DNA from: a virus
DNA length: 64,000 bases
Direction: 5' to 3' (one strand)
IMG/VR virus record: IMGVR_UViG_3300049020_000031
Coordinates: 1-64,000 of that record
The position numbers and the translations under genes were made by a program. Every line of letters starts with the position of its first letter. The first letter of the stretch is position 1. This document shows, one piece after another, positions 1-7,777 of this stretch. The notes beneath the pieces are model-generated. The model did not search any database and was not told where the DNA came from. It saw only the letters and a program-made list of their open reading frames with translations.

Positions 1-33
1 GTTCTACGATAGTCGCGCCTTGCACCCATAATC

Positions 34-573
34 ATGAACATCAATTACGAAGAACCAGAGGAATTCTGGGAGACTCCATGTGACAAAAAATATGACGTAT
101 GGCACCTTCGATTCGGACGAAGGTACATGATGTTGGATCTGGGGTCTTGGTTCTTTCAAGGACGAATTAGTTGTCATCTATCAGTGGAGCATGGAACAGT
201 TGATGAAACAAATCCACGAGTGGCGGCGCTAGTCAAGAAGGTTATCGTCGGTGATTCTCAGGATCTTCCCAACATGGTGTGGGAGTTGAACGCACACCCG
301 GAAACCATGGCCGAAGAATTCAAGGCGCTGCAATCAATGGATAGACTGGTCAGAGATCGTCTGATGCAATTGTATCGAGCAGATGCCCTACAGAGCTGTC
401 TGGAATCCGAGAATGAAATGAAGAAGTGGGAACCACGAGCCCTTTTCCCCGACATGATGTCTTTGGAAAAATGGGAACAACATGGTGGTTGGTATGGCAT
501 GGATGAGCGCGATAAAGTAATTGCCATGTTGTCCAATGACAGGTTGGCTGAATATGTGAGAGACTATGGATGA
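34..573 (+). CDS. hypothetical protein (paralog of next ORF)
   Basis: 179 aa ORF; C-terminal W..H.GWYG(M/L).E..K....LS.D.L shared with 566..1060. Confidence 0.75.
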   Translation: MNINYEEPEEFWETPCDKKYDVWHLRFGRRYMMLDLGSWFFQGRISCHLSVEHGTVDETNPRVAALVKKVIVGDSQDLPNMVWELNAHPETMAEEFKALQSMDRLVRDRLMQLYRADALQSCLESENEMKKWEPRALFPDMMSLEKWEQHGGWYGMDERDKVIAMLSNDRLAEYVRDYG

Positions 574-1060
574 AGTTGTTTACGATTTCAGATCATCGAT
601 CGGCCCACACCAACTTAGTGTTTGTCTGGAGCAATTGTTCCTGAACGGAGTTCTGGTATTAGCTATAAACGGCAAACCTATCAACCTATATCTGAGTGAT
701 AGTAATCTGGGTTCCTTCCCAGACGCGTTCCTGGATATGATCTGTGGTGAAACAAAGGGACGAGGGGAAATGGCTGACCTCATGATTGCCATTGATTGGC
801 CCAGTAAGACCCCCAGTGCAAACATATTGGCAAACTTTGATACCCAGCTTGCCAATATGCGCAGGTACATGAGAACCCAGACCTATTTTCCCAACGAACT
901 ATTGGATTCCAGGGAAAGAATGAATCAATGGATAGCTCATCAGGGTTGGTATGGCCTAGGGGAATCAGAAAAAATTCAACATATACTGAGTGACGATGAA
1001 TTGGGACATTGCTTCAAACAATTTGATCCCAACAAGACCTATTGGATCTGGGAGATGTGA
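566..1060 (+). CDS. hypothetical protein (paralog of previous ORF)
   Basis: 164 aa ORF overlapping upstream stop; WIAHQGWYGLGESEK motif. Confidence 0.75.
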   Translation: MDEVVYDFRSSIGPHQLSVCLEQLFLNGVLVLAINGKPINLYLSDSNLGSFPDAFLDMICGETKGRGEMADLMIAIDWPSKTPSANILANFDTQLANMRRYMRTQTYFPNELLDSRERMNQWIAHQGWYGLGESEKIQHILSDDELGHCFKQFDPNKTYWIWEM

Positions 1061-1087
1061 TGTACAACCAGGGATTCACAATAGGCA

Positions 1088-1127
1088 ATTCAACGAGATT
1101 GTCACGATTATTCAACGAGATTGTCAC
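1088..1127. repeat. 18-bp direct repeat ATTCAACGAGATTGTCAC x2
   Basis: exact copies at 1088-1105 and 1110-1127 (period 22). Confidence 0.9.
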
Positions 1128-1225
1128 TTCGTTCCAGGAATCTCCAGGTAGATTTTGAGGAATTTGACAGGAACTCAACATATGGCGCCACCATAGTGTA
1201 GAGTTATGGCAACTATATCAACCAA

Positions 1226-1636
1226 ATGAATATGCAAGACTACGAAAAACAGATCATCGTATTGAGAAAAGATCTCGATATGGGAAAGGGTAAACTCATC
1301 GCCCAAGGTGCCCACGCAAGTATGGGTGCGATCCTGCGGAATGGATCGTTTCAAACCAATCCTGACGGAAAGACTCAGTTTGTGATTGACCTCGATCCAG
1401 CCATAGAAGGTTGGCTTCGTGGTTCTTTTACCAAGATTGCCGTATGGTGTGCGGATGAAGCCGAGTTGATGGCATTACATCACCAAGCCCTGGATGCTGG
1501 ACTTCATACGATCCTAATCAAGGATAACGGCAAGACTGCCTTCCATGGTGTTCCGACTCATACCGCTATTGCGATTGGTCCGGCACTTGCTTCCGTTCTT
1601 GATCCTATCACCAGACATTTGAAGTTGATTAACTGA
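1226..1636 (+). CDS. pth2: peptidyl-tRNA hydrolase, Pth2 family
   Basis: KQIIVLRKDLDMGKGKLIAQGAHAS, TKIAV, IKDNGKT, TAIAIGP match Pth2 signatures. Confidence 0.92.
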   Translation: MNMQDYEKQIIVLRKDLDMGKGKLIAQGAHASMGAILRNGSFQTNPDGKTQFVIDLDPAIEGWLRGSFTKIAVWCADEAELMALHHQALDAGLHTILIKDNGKTAFHGVPTHTAIAIGPALASVLDPITRHLKLIN

Positions 1637-1854
1637 TGTCATTCTTTACCTCGATGTCTGAGAACCTCATGAGAAAACTTCAGGGGTTGGCGTTTAAACC
1701 CTCCTTCTGGTGTCGAATGGGTATCCACAAGTGGGAGAGATGGAACCATCGAGAGATAAAGCATGAGCTCTACTTAACACGATACATTTGCTCCACAAGA
1801 GAATGTGAATACTGTGGTAAGTTGGAAAAACAAACTCGTGAGTTGTTGAAATGA
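1636..1854 (+). CDS. small Cys/His-rich phage protein
   Basis: WCRMGIHKW...CEYCG; translationally coupled. Confidence 0.7.
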   Translation: MSFFTSMSENLMRKLQGLAFKPSFWCRMGIHKWERWNHREIKHELYLTRYICSTRECEYCGKLEKQTRELLK

Positions 1855-2057
1855 GTGATTCCCAAGATGTAATAGACACATTAACATATGGTGATCGTCA
1901 ACCCAACATGTGGTGCCGTATTGGTATTCATAAGTGGACTAGATGGAAGATAGTCCACTCTGGTAGGTACTCGGACACCAAGAGTTTGTACTACGATATG
2001 CAGACTGACTGTAAACAATGCGGTCTTCCAAAACTAAAAGAAGTGGTTCAGAAATGA
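1851..2057 (+). CDS. small Cys/His-rich phage protein (paralog of previous)
   Basis: WCRIGIHKW...CKQCG; ATGA overlap. Confidence 0.7.
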   Translation: MSDSQDVIDTLTYGDRQPNMWCRIGIHKWTRWKIVHSGRYSDTKSLYYDMQTDCKQCGLPKLKEVVQK

Positions 2058-2623
2058 AAAAGCAAGTTCAATATCGACATGGTGATCTATTGTCACACAA
2101 AGGCCGATTCGTCATGCACGGCTGTAACGCTCAGGGTGTTATGGGTTCCGGTGTTGCAAAAGAAATCAGAGCAACCTATCCATTGGCATACACCAAGTAT
2201 CGAGAAAAGTACGAGGAAGAAAACAAACTGGTGATGGGCTCCGTCGTCGCGGTAGATTGTGGTCGACATGTGATCTTCAATGCCATCACCCAAGAATTCT
2301 TTGGTAAGGATGGTCGGAGGTACGTGGACTACTCCGCGATATCCACCGCCCTTGTTTCGATCAACAAGCTGATCAATGACGCCAAACGAGAATTTGAGGG
2401 TAATCGATTCGCCCAACAAAGTAGGGGATATGGTTGGACTCCTTTTGAAGAAGAGGAACCCATTGAGCTGGCCATGCCCTTGATTGGTGCTGGTCTTGGT
2501 GGTGGGGATTGGGGAATCATTTCCAACATCCTCAGCCAGGACTATGAATTCCAACCAGTTGTCTATATTCGTGAGCTCGAACAATATCAAAAGATTGTTA
2601 AAGAATATCAGCAGGTAGATTGA
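2054..2623 (+). CDS. macro domain protein (ADP-ribose / Appr-1-p processing family)
   Basis: GDLL, HGCNAQGVMGSGVA, MPLIGAGLGGGDW motifs; start moved to ATG 2054 (ATGA overlap). Confidence 0.9.
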   Translation: MKKQVQYRHGDLLSHKGRFVMHGCNAQGVMGSGVAKEIRATYPLAYTKYREKYEEENKLVMGSVVAVDCGRHVIFNAITQEFFGKDGRRYVDYSAISTALVSINKLINDAKREFEGNRFAQQSRGYGWTPFEEEEPIELAMPLIGAGLGGGDWGIISNILSQDYEFQPVVYIRELEQYQKIVKEYQQVD

Positions 2624-2647
2624 AATCTAGAAAATTGGTAGTAGAAT
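2620..2647 (+). promoter_or_regulatory. sigma70-like promoter for the tRNA-like RNA array
   Basis: TTGAAA(2620-2625)-16 nt-TAGAAT(2642-2647), about 10 nt before unit 1. Confidence 0.6.
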
Positions 2648-2656
2648 AGAGTTATT

Positions 2657-2790
2657 AGGATAGATGCAGCAATCTATAACAATGGAATTTGAGAACTAAG
2701 GGTTCGAGCCCCTTTCTAGTGAGCAATCACTAGGTGGCGAAATTGGTAAACGCATCAAATGTTTTGGGTCGAAAGACCTGCTATCCTGTT
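2657..2790 (+). ncRNA. permuted tRNA-like (YrlA/Y-RNA-like) RNA, unit 1
   Basis: outer helix AGGATAG/CTATCCT; CAGCAA; anticodon-like stem ATTTGA/TCAAAT; T arm AAGGG-TTCGAGC-CCCTT; acceptor hairpin TCTAGTGA-GCAA-TCACTAGG; D arm TGGCGAAATTGGTAAACGC; extra GGTC-GAAA-GACC hairpin. Confidence 0.85.
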
Positions 2791-2797
2791 AAAATTT

Positions 2798-2890
2798 GGA
2801 ATGTGCGCAGCAAATAAAATTGCAGGTTCGACTCCTGTTATGAATGGCAACGTTCATAACTTTGCCCATGGAAGGGCATCACATTCCGTT
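2798..2890 (+). ncRNA. permuted tRNA-like RNA, unit 2 (minimal)
   Basis: outer helix GGAATGTG/CACATTCC; CAGCAA; T arm GCAGG-TTCGACT-CCTGT; acceptor hairpin TATGAATG-GCAA-CGTTCATA; D-like hairpin TGCCC-ATGGAA-GGGCA. Confidence 0.8.
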
Positions 2891-2896
2891 AAATTT

Positions 2897-3014
2897 GGGT
2901 TCCGTTCAGCAACTAATTTTCAATCAGCCTGTCGCGGGTTCGAGCCCCGCATAGTTCCTTGGGACTATTAGCTCAGTTGGGAGAGCAGCCGACTCATAAA
3001 AAAGTGAACCCGTT
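2897..3014 (+). ncRNA. permuted tRNA-like RNA, unit 3 (tRNA-CAU-like)
   Basis: outer helix GGGTTC/GAACCC; CAGCAA; T arm GCGGG-TTCGAGC-CCCGC; acceptor ATAGTTC-CTTG-GGACTAT; canonical D arm TAGCTCAGTTGGGAGAGC; GCCGA-CTCATAA. Confidence 0.87.
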
Positions 3015-3028
3015 ATTTTGAAGTTTTT

Positions 3029-3173
3029 TGGATCGATACAGCATACTTAAATGTATATCAAATTGAAATCATGAGGTTCGATTCCTCATAGCCCACCTGG
3101 TGGGTTTGGTCTAGTGGCAGGACATCATTCCCGAAAGGGGCAGCAGGCCGGGATGTTCCCGGAACGATCCAGT
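3029..3173 (+). ncRNA. permuted tRNA-like RNA, unit 4
   Basis: outer helix TGGATCG/CGATCCA; CAGCAT; T arm TGAGG-TTCGATT-CCTCA; acceptor hairpin AGCCCAC-CTG-GTGGGTT; D arm TGGTCTAGTGGCAGGAC; two extra hairpins. Confidence 0.82.
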
Positions 3174-3177
3174 AAAT

Positions 3178-3208
3178 GATGAGCGGAGCAATCCGCTCAT
3201 CGCCTTTT
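3178..3208 (+). terminator. intrinsic terminator closing the RNA array
   Basis: GATGAGCGGA-GCAA-TCCGCTCATC followed by GCCTTTT. Confidence 0.75.
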
Positions 3209-3247
3209 GAGATTGATGAATTCCACTTGTGATGCTAGAGTTGGCTA

Positions 3248-3736
3248 ATGAATATACGTGACTTGAAATCCAAATTTGCGTCTTGGTTGATGCGCGACGC
3301 TATCAACCAAGAGGTTGACCTGCAAGTGAAGAAGTTCTTCGACTCTCGAAACCAGGATCGGCAGAGTTTTCGAGAACACGAGGCGCAATCACGACTTGGT
3401 AAATTGTGGATCGTAGTGTCCAATGAAATCGAAGATATCAGGGTGTGTTACGGGAAAGAATTCATGTTTATCACTATGGATAATACGCCGGCCGTGGTGT
3501 TCCATGATGTGGTAACGGGCGAGGACTTGATATGCGGTGGTGCTATTCTGGCGTATAATGAACAACGATATCTAGCTCTAGTTGGGATGGACCCCAACGC
3601 TAGAATTTCCCTATTCTTCAATCGCGAAGAACACAAACCTACCGATAAAACCAAAACACAAGCCAGGCCAACCACTCCCGTCAGCGAACAGATTGAAAAA
3701 ACTCGCCTCGCTGTAGAAAAATTCATAAAAGTGTAG
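3248..3736 (+). CDS. hypothetical protein
   Basis: 162 aa ORF between RNA array and DUF2828 gene. Confidence 0.7.
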   Translation: MNIRDLKSKFASWLMRDAINQEVDLQVKKFFDSRNQDRQSFREHEAQSRLGKLWIVVSNEIEDIRVCYGKEFMFITMDNTPAVVFHDVVTGEDLICGGAILAYNEQRYLALVGMDPNARISLFFNREEHKPTDKTKTQARPTTPVSEQIEKTRLAVEKFIKV

Positions 3737-3788
3737 TTGCCAGGTTTTCCAGGTGCTACAATGCATTCCTCACAGATAATGAAACCCA

Positions 3789-3823
3789 GGTTGGGTTCAG
3801 CAAACTCAATTTAACCAACCAGT
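3789..3823 (+). promoter_or_regulatory. leader element: scaffold-only copy of the array motif
   Basis: GGTTGG-GTT-CAGCAA...CCAACC-AGT directly before RBS AAGGA (3829-3833) and ATG 3839; extended -10 TGcTACAAT at 3754-3762. Confidence 0.7.
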
Positions 3824-3838
3824 AAACAAAGGAACAAT

Positions 3839-5245
3839 ATGGATCTCGCAAACGCATTCAAGGCTCAAGAAACCACCACCACGAACGGTATGGCCGCTCT
3901 CCAGTCCACCATGGACTCTAACGTGGACCTGTTCTTCAAGATTGGTGCAAGCCGCGGAAAAAACATTGTTCCTCAGTTCACCGCAGCATTCGTGGAAAAT
4001 CGCGAACTGGCTCTGCGTATCGCGCTGTGGGCACGTGACGTTCGCGGTGGTGCAGGTGAACGTCAACTGTTCCGTGATGTTCTGAACTATCTGGAGGGTG
4101 TCGATCCTGATGCAGCTCGCTCCCTGATTCTCTCGACTCCTGAACTGGGTCGTTGGGATGATCTCCTGATTGTGAAGACTCCAGCTCTCCGCGACCTGGC
4201 GTTCAGCTTGATCAAGGCCGGTCTGGAATCCCAGAACGGTCTGTGTGCAAAGTGGATGCCACGTAAGGGCAAGGATGCTGAAGCTCTGCGAGCATACCTG
4301 GGATACAGCCCAAAGCGCTATCGCAAGACTTTGGTTACCTTGACGCAAGTCGTGGAAACCCAAATGTGTGCCAAGGATTGGGATAACATCAACTTCTCCC
4401 ACGTTCCTTCCGTGGCCGCTGGCCGTTACCGCAAGGCATTCAAGAAGAATGCCGAAGAAGCATACACGAAGTATGCTGAAGGTCTGGCTACCGGTGAAAC
4501 CAAGATCAACGCTGGTGCGGTGTTCCCTTATGATGTCCTGAAGGGCAACATGAATGGTTACCAACGAGCAACTCTGACCAAGGTTGAACGCGATGTGATC
4601 TTGGCTCAGTGGGCTGCACTGGAAAATGTGGTTGGTGATGCCAAGATGTTGCCTATGGTTGACGTGTCCGGCTCCATGAGCTGCCCAGCTGGTACCAAGA
4701 GCTCGGTGACTTGTATGGACGTGGCTGTGAGCTTGGGCCTGTATCTGGCTGAAAAGAACACTGGTTCGTTCCGTGATATGTTCATCACGTTCACGGAACA
4801 ACCAACTCTGTATGCTCTGAAGGGTAACGTGTTGGATAAGCTGGACCAGATGACTGGACAGGTTGGTTACAACACGAACCTGGAAGCCGCGTACGATGCG
4901 TTGCTGAAGGTCGCAGTAACCTCCAAGGTTGCTCAGGAAGACATGCCTGAGTACATTGTGATGTTGTCGGATATGCAGTTTGACGGTTGCACTGGTCGCC
5001 CAACGGCTTCCGCGATCGACATGATCCGTGACAAGTACAAGGCTGCTGGTTACACCGCTCCAAAGGTGGTGTTCTGGAACATCAACGCGCACGACAATGT
5101 GCCAGTGAAGTTCAATGATCTGGGCGTTGCTCTGATCAGCGGCTTCTCCCCAACGATCGTTAAGTCGGTCCTGACGGCACAGAAGTTCAGCCCACAAGGC
5201 ATCATGTTGGAAGCTGTGATGTCTGATCGCTACAAGCCACAGTAA
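3839..5245 (+). CDS. DUF2828-type Ro60/TROVE-like helical domain + vWA protein
   Basis: TTNG, DLFF, ARDVRGGAGER, GRWDDL, AKWMPR N-terminal motifs; MIDAS DVSGSM...NTN...SDMQFD, VFWN, SGFSP; strong codon bias. Confidence 0.88.
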   Translation: MDLANAFKAQETTTTNGMAALQSTMDSNVDLFFKIGASRGKNIVPQFTAAFVENRELALRIALWARDVRGGAGERQLFRDVLNYLEGVDPDAARSLILSTPELGRWDDLLIVKTPALRDLAFSLIKAGLESQNGLCAKWMPRKGKDAEALRAYLGYSPKRYRKTLVTLTQVVETQMCAKDWDNINFSHVPSVAAGRYRKAFKKNAEEAYTKYAEGLATGETKINAGAVFPYDVLKGNMNGYQRATLTKVERDVILAQWAALENVVGDAKMLPMVDVSGSMSCPAGTKSSVTCMDVAVSLGLYLAEKNTGSFRDMFITFTEQPTLYALKGNVLDKLDQMTGQVGYNTNLEAAYDALLKVAVTSKVAQEDMPEYIVMLSDMQFDGCTGRPTASAIDMIRDKYKAAGYTAPKVVFWNINAHDNVPVKFNDLGVALISGFSPTIVKSVLTAQKFSPQGIMLEAVMSDRYKPQ

Positions 5246-5259
5246 TGTGGTGAGGATGA

Positions 5260-5289
5260 AATAAAACCGGCCTAATCGCCGGTTTTATT
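5260..5289. terminator. bidirectional-type intrinsic terminator
   Basis: AATAAAACCGGC-CTAATC-GCCGGTTTTATT. Confidence 0.8.
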
Positions 5290-5328
5290 CATTTGTAATG
5301 TAGAATGCCATAACTTTGGAGGAATTTC

Positions 5329-6414
5329 ATGATTGATATCAATAGCCTCAACGTTTCCGATGAAATCAAGGCTACACTGCAAGATATGCGAGATGCTGAC
5401 GTGGATGATAAAACAATTCAATTGTGCCTGAACCTCTACGAATCTATGGCGAAAGAAGGGAAACGAAAACCTCTCCACCCAGATGGCGAAGAAGTGAGTC
5501 GCATCGAAATGAAGAAGATCTTGGGATCACTTGTTGATTCCCGGATGCTAATCATCGAAGATGATTCTCATAAGCAGAGCGAAATGCTAAAGCGGTCTTG
5601 GGCTCTAATCGATGCCCCCAAGAATTACGATTTCCAAGATGACGACTTCCGAAGGCAGGATGTCATGCGCGAGTTGATGCCGGAAGGATACGCAACTAAG
5701 TTCAAAACCGATTCTGGTGAAGACGCATACCAATGGAGTTCGATCTGGAGATGCCCGGAATGTGATGAATTGGTTCATCTTCGTCTGGTCGGTACCACTA
5801 TCTCTTTCCACAGTCATGTGGCATGCGAGAATCATTCCGACTTCAAGGTCACGATTGATTTCCCCACAGGCGAGGTACTGGCGCTTGACTGGTATGATGG
5901 GTTATCCGCTTGGAGAAAGCAATACCCAGAGTTTGAAGATCTCCCATCAGTCAACCAACAGATTGGCATTCATGCCGTGACCGATCTCTATGCTGAACAC
6001 AATATCTGTCACTTCTTTGTGGGTAATACTTGCCCTGGTGTGTATCTCACGGAAGATGGAAAAATTGTGATGCGTCCTGATGAAGGTGTTCGGACCAAAG
6101 ATAATGTCAACGAATTTGATGAAGACGAGCCTACGACCACAAGTGAAACCTTCCTGAATCCAGTCAAACTGAATAACATTTGCACTGATCTCTGGTGGGC
6201 AACTCTGGTGGATCGTAAAACTTGGGAAGGTATGATGAATTCCATTCCGAGAAGAAAGAATGCCAAGGCTCTTGATCTTGACGCTGAGTGGGCGGAATTG
6301 AAAGCAGACAAGCACGTAATTTCCGTACCCGCAGGTAGGTATGAATTCCATTGTAACTCTGGTTTCATGGATGGTGACCACGTTCGTCGAATCACTGGGG
6401 TGAAGGTATCTTGA
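5329..6414 (+). CDS. hypothetical phage protein
   Basis: 361 aa ORF with RBS GGAGG; CPEC and HFFVGNTCP motifs. Confidence 0.8.
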   Translation: MIDINSLNVSDEIKATLQDMRDADVDDKTIQLCLNLYESMAKEGKRKPLHPDGEEVSRIEMKKILGSLVDSRMLIIEDDSHKQSEMLKRSWALIDAPKNYDFQDDDFRRQDVMRELMPEGYATKFKTDSGEDAYQWSSIWRCPECDELVHLRLVGTTISFHSHVACENHSDFKVTIDFPTGEVLALDWYDGLSAWRKQYPEFEDLPSVNQQIGIHAVTDLYAEHNICHFFVGNTCPGVYLTEDGKIVMRPDEGVRTKDNVNEFDEDEPTTTSETFLNPVKLNNICTDLWWATLVDRKTWEGMMNSIPRRKNAKALDLDAEWAELKADKHVISVPAGRYEFHCNSGFMDGDHVRRITGVKVS

Positions 6415-6785
6415 GATCTACGATATCTGATTGGGAAGATATTCCACTGCGTAAGAAATTCGAGATTGCCCAACCGTCATTCAAATGGGCTGATCATCCT
6501 GGAACCATCCGGGTGATTCAAGATTATCCTGATGATACGCTTTTTGGGATTACCAATCCGTCACTGAGTCAACGTGATGCCATCAAGAAGTTTGCGGATT
6601 TGCACTCTTCGGAACAGGTTTCATTGTACTATGGTTACAATGTTGAGTTTTGCTGTGGTCTTGAGGAAGATCTTCAGACTGAAAAAGAGGACTACAAAAA
6701 TTTGTACGAAGTTGAATTCTTCCTCAACGTGAGGACATTTCAAGGAGTTGCATTCAAGTTAGCTTTTTCTGATTGGTTTGAATAA
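6411..6785 (+). CDS. hypothetical protein (FKL-tail family)
   Basis: 124 aa; ends VAFKLAFSDWFE. Confidence 0.65.
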   Translation: MRSTISDWEDIPLRKKFEIAQPSFKWADHPGTIRVIQDYPDDTLFGITNPSLSQRDAIKKFADLHSSEQVSLYYGYNVEFCCGLEEDLQTEKEDYKNLYEVEFFLNVRTFQGVAFKLAFSDWFE

Positions 6786-6789
6786 GCGC

Positions 6790-6817
6790 TTGACTAGTTC
6801 ACCAAATGAACTATAAT
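6790..6817 (+). promoter_or_regulatory. sigma70-like promoter with CCAAATGAA spacer motif
   Basis: TTGACT-agttcaCCAAATGAAc-TATAAT. Confidence 0.8.
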
Positions 6818-6844
6818 CAACTTATCGCAAACAAGGAGTTGAAC

Positions 6845-7192
6845 ATGAACGTAAAGCAAGCAATTATCGAAGTGTGTGTCCGCAAAGCTGAATTTGCTGA
6901 CCAGTCGATGGTGAAGTTTGTTGCAAAGCTCAATGAAAGTCCTATCTACGCTTTGTCGTGGGCTGATACGTTCCTGAAGGTAACCACCGAGAAGCAACTC
7001 TATTCGGGACTGAAGACTTTGTTGGAAACAACGTCTCTAACCATGGCTGATCTGGAAAAAGAATACATGGAACGTCTGATCCGTTTGTCGGGCTCCGGCG
7101 TGTCCAGCTCGGATATGTCAAACGTTATGACCAAGGTTGAACTGGCTGTGACCGGTGAAATCCTGCAAATGGTGTCCTCTTTCAAGGACTGA
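6845..7192 (+). CDS. hypothetical protein
   Basis: RBS AAGGAG before ATG 6845; downstream of promoter. Confidence 0.75.
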   Translation: MNVKQAIIEVCVRKAEFADQSMVKFVAKLNESPIYALSWADTFLKVTTEKQLYSGLKTLLETTSLTMADLEKEYMERLIRLSGSGVSSSDMSNVMTKVELAVTGEILQMVSSFKD

Positions 7193-7223
7193 TTAGTCAT
7201 AAATAGCTGTAAAGGAGGCTTTT

Positions 7224-7463
7224 ATGGCTAAGAAAATTGATGAATCCAAGATCGTACCGGGCTTCAGAGGCCCGGTATTTGTCATTGACGAAGGTAAGGA
7301 TGGTGGCTATTACGGCGTTTGGTTCAAGCACCCAAGCAACATGTGGTCTCATATTTGTTCTGGTCTCGCACCAGAAAATGCAACGGCTATCGCCAATGCG
7401 TTGAATGAACGAACCCTGTTCGGTGGTTTGAACAAGCATTTGAAAGCCCTTAGACTGCACTAA
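7224..7463 (+). CDS. hypothetical protein
   Basis: RBS AAGGAGG; TAAATA box at 7200-7205. Confidence 0.75.
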   Translation: MAKKIDESKIVPGFRGPVFVIDEGKDGGYYGVWFKHPSNMWSHICSGLAPENATAIANALNERTLFGGLNKHLKALRLH

Positions 7464-7481
7464 GTCTTTCAAACCAAGTTT

Positions 7482-7520
7482 ACAATATGGCTAGATGAGT
7501 GTATCATCTAGCCATATTGT
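7482..7520. repeat. 17-bp perfect inverted repeat overlapping a promoter
   Basis: ACAATATGGCTAGATGA-gtgta-TCATCTAGCCATATTGT; overlaps TTTACA-17-TATCAT. Confidence 0.85.
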
Positions 7521-7534
7521 TTTAGGAGTTCAAA

Positions 7535-7768
7535 ATGCTGAAGAAGTTCTTTGTTGGTATGTTTGGCCCCAAGACTATGACTATTCAAATTCATCTTATC
7601 GGCGGCTCCGTGATCACTCTGGATAACGTCATCGAAGTGAAAACGTCCACCAGTAATACCACCAACCGTTTCGTGTCGTACAGTATCGTACGCAAAGAAG
7701 GATGCAAAACATTCTTTGATATCTGCATGTCGGATATCTCGGCAGTTGTTCAAGTTCCAAACAAATAA
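7535..7768 (+). CDS. hypothetical protein
   Basis: 77 aa, RBS AGGAG. Confidence 0.7.
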   Translation: MLKKFFVGMFGPKTMTIQIHLIGGSVITLDNVIEVKTSTSNTTNRFVSYSIVRKEGCKTFFDICMSDISAVVQVPNK

Positions 7769-7777
7769 GAGGAAATC

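Noticed and set aside
1212-1237. Leftward promoter with CCAAATGAA at the pth2 start
   Set aside because: The apparent -35/-10 spacing is only 14 bp. The 9-mer may still be an operator copy, but a promoter is not supported.
2759-2971. 70-aa ORF over the RNA array
   Set aside because: No RBS, and the region is fully explained by RNA structure.
2657-3173. Calling the array ordinary tRNA genes or a CRISPR array
   Set aside because: T arms precede D arms within each helix-closed unit, acceptor ends are sealed by loops and there is no CCA. Reading a D arm with the next unit's T arm gives no matching acceptor stem. There are no identical repeats or cas genes.
3806-5197. 463-aa antisense ORF
   Set aside because: Shadow of the codon-biased DUF2828 gene with no motifs. 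The same applies to the antisense ORFs over 8607, 17666, 24105, 25326, 50775 and 62931.
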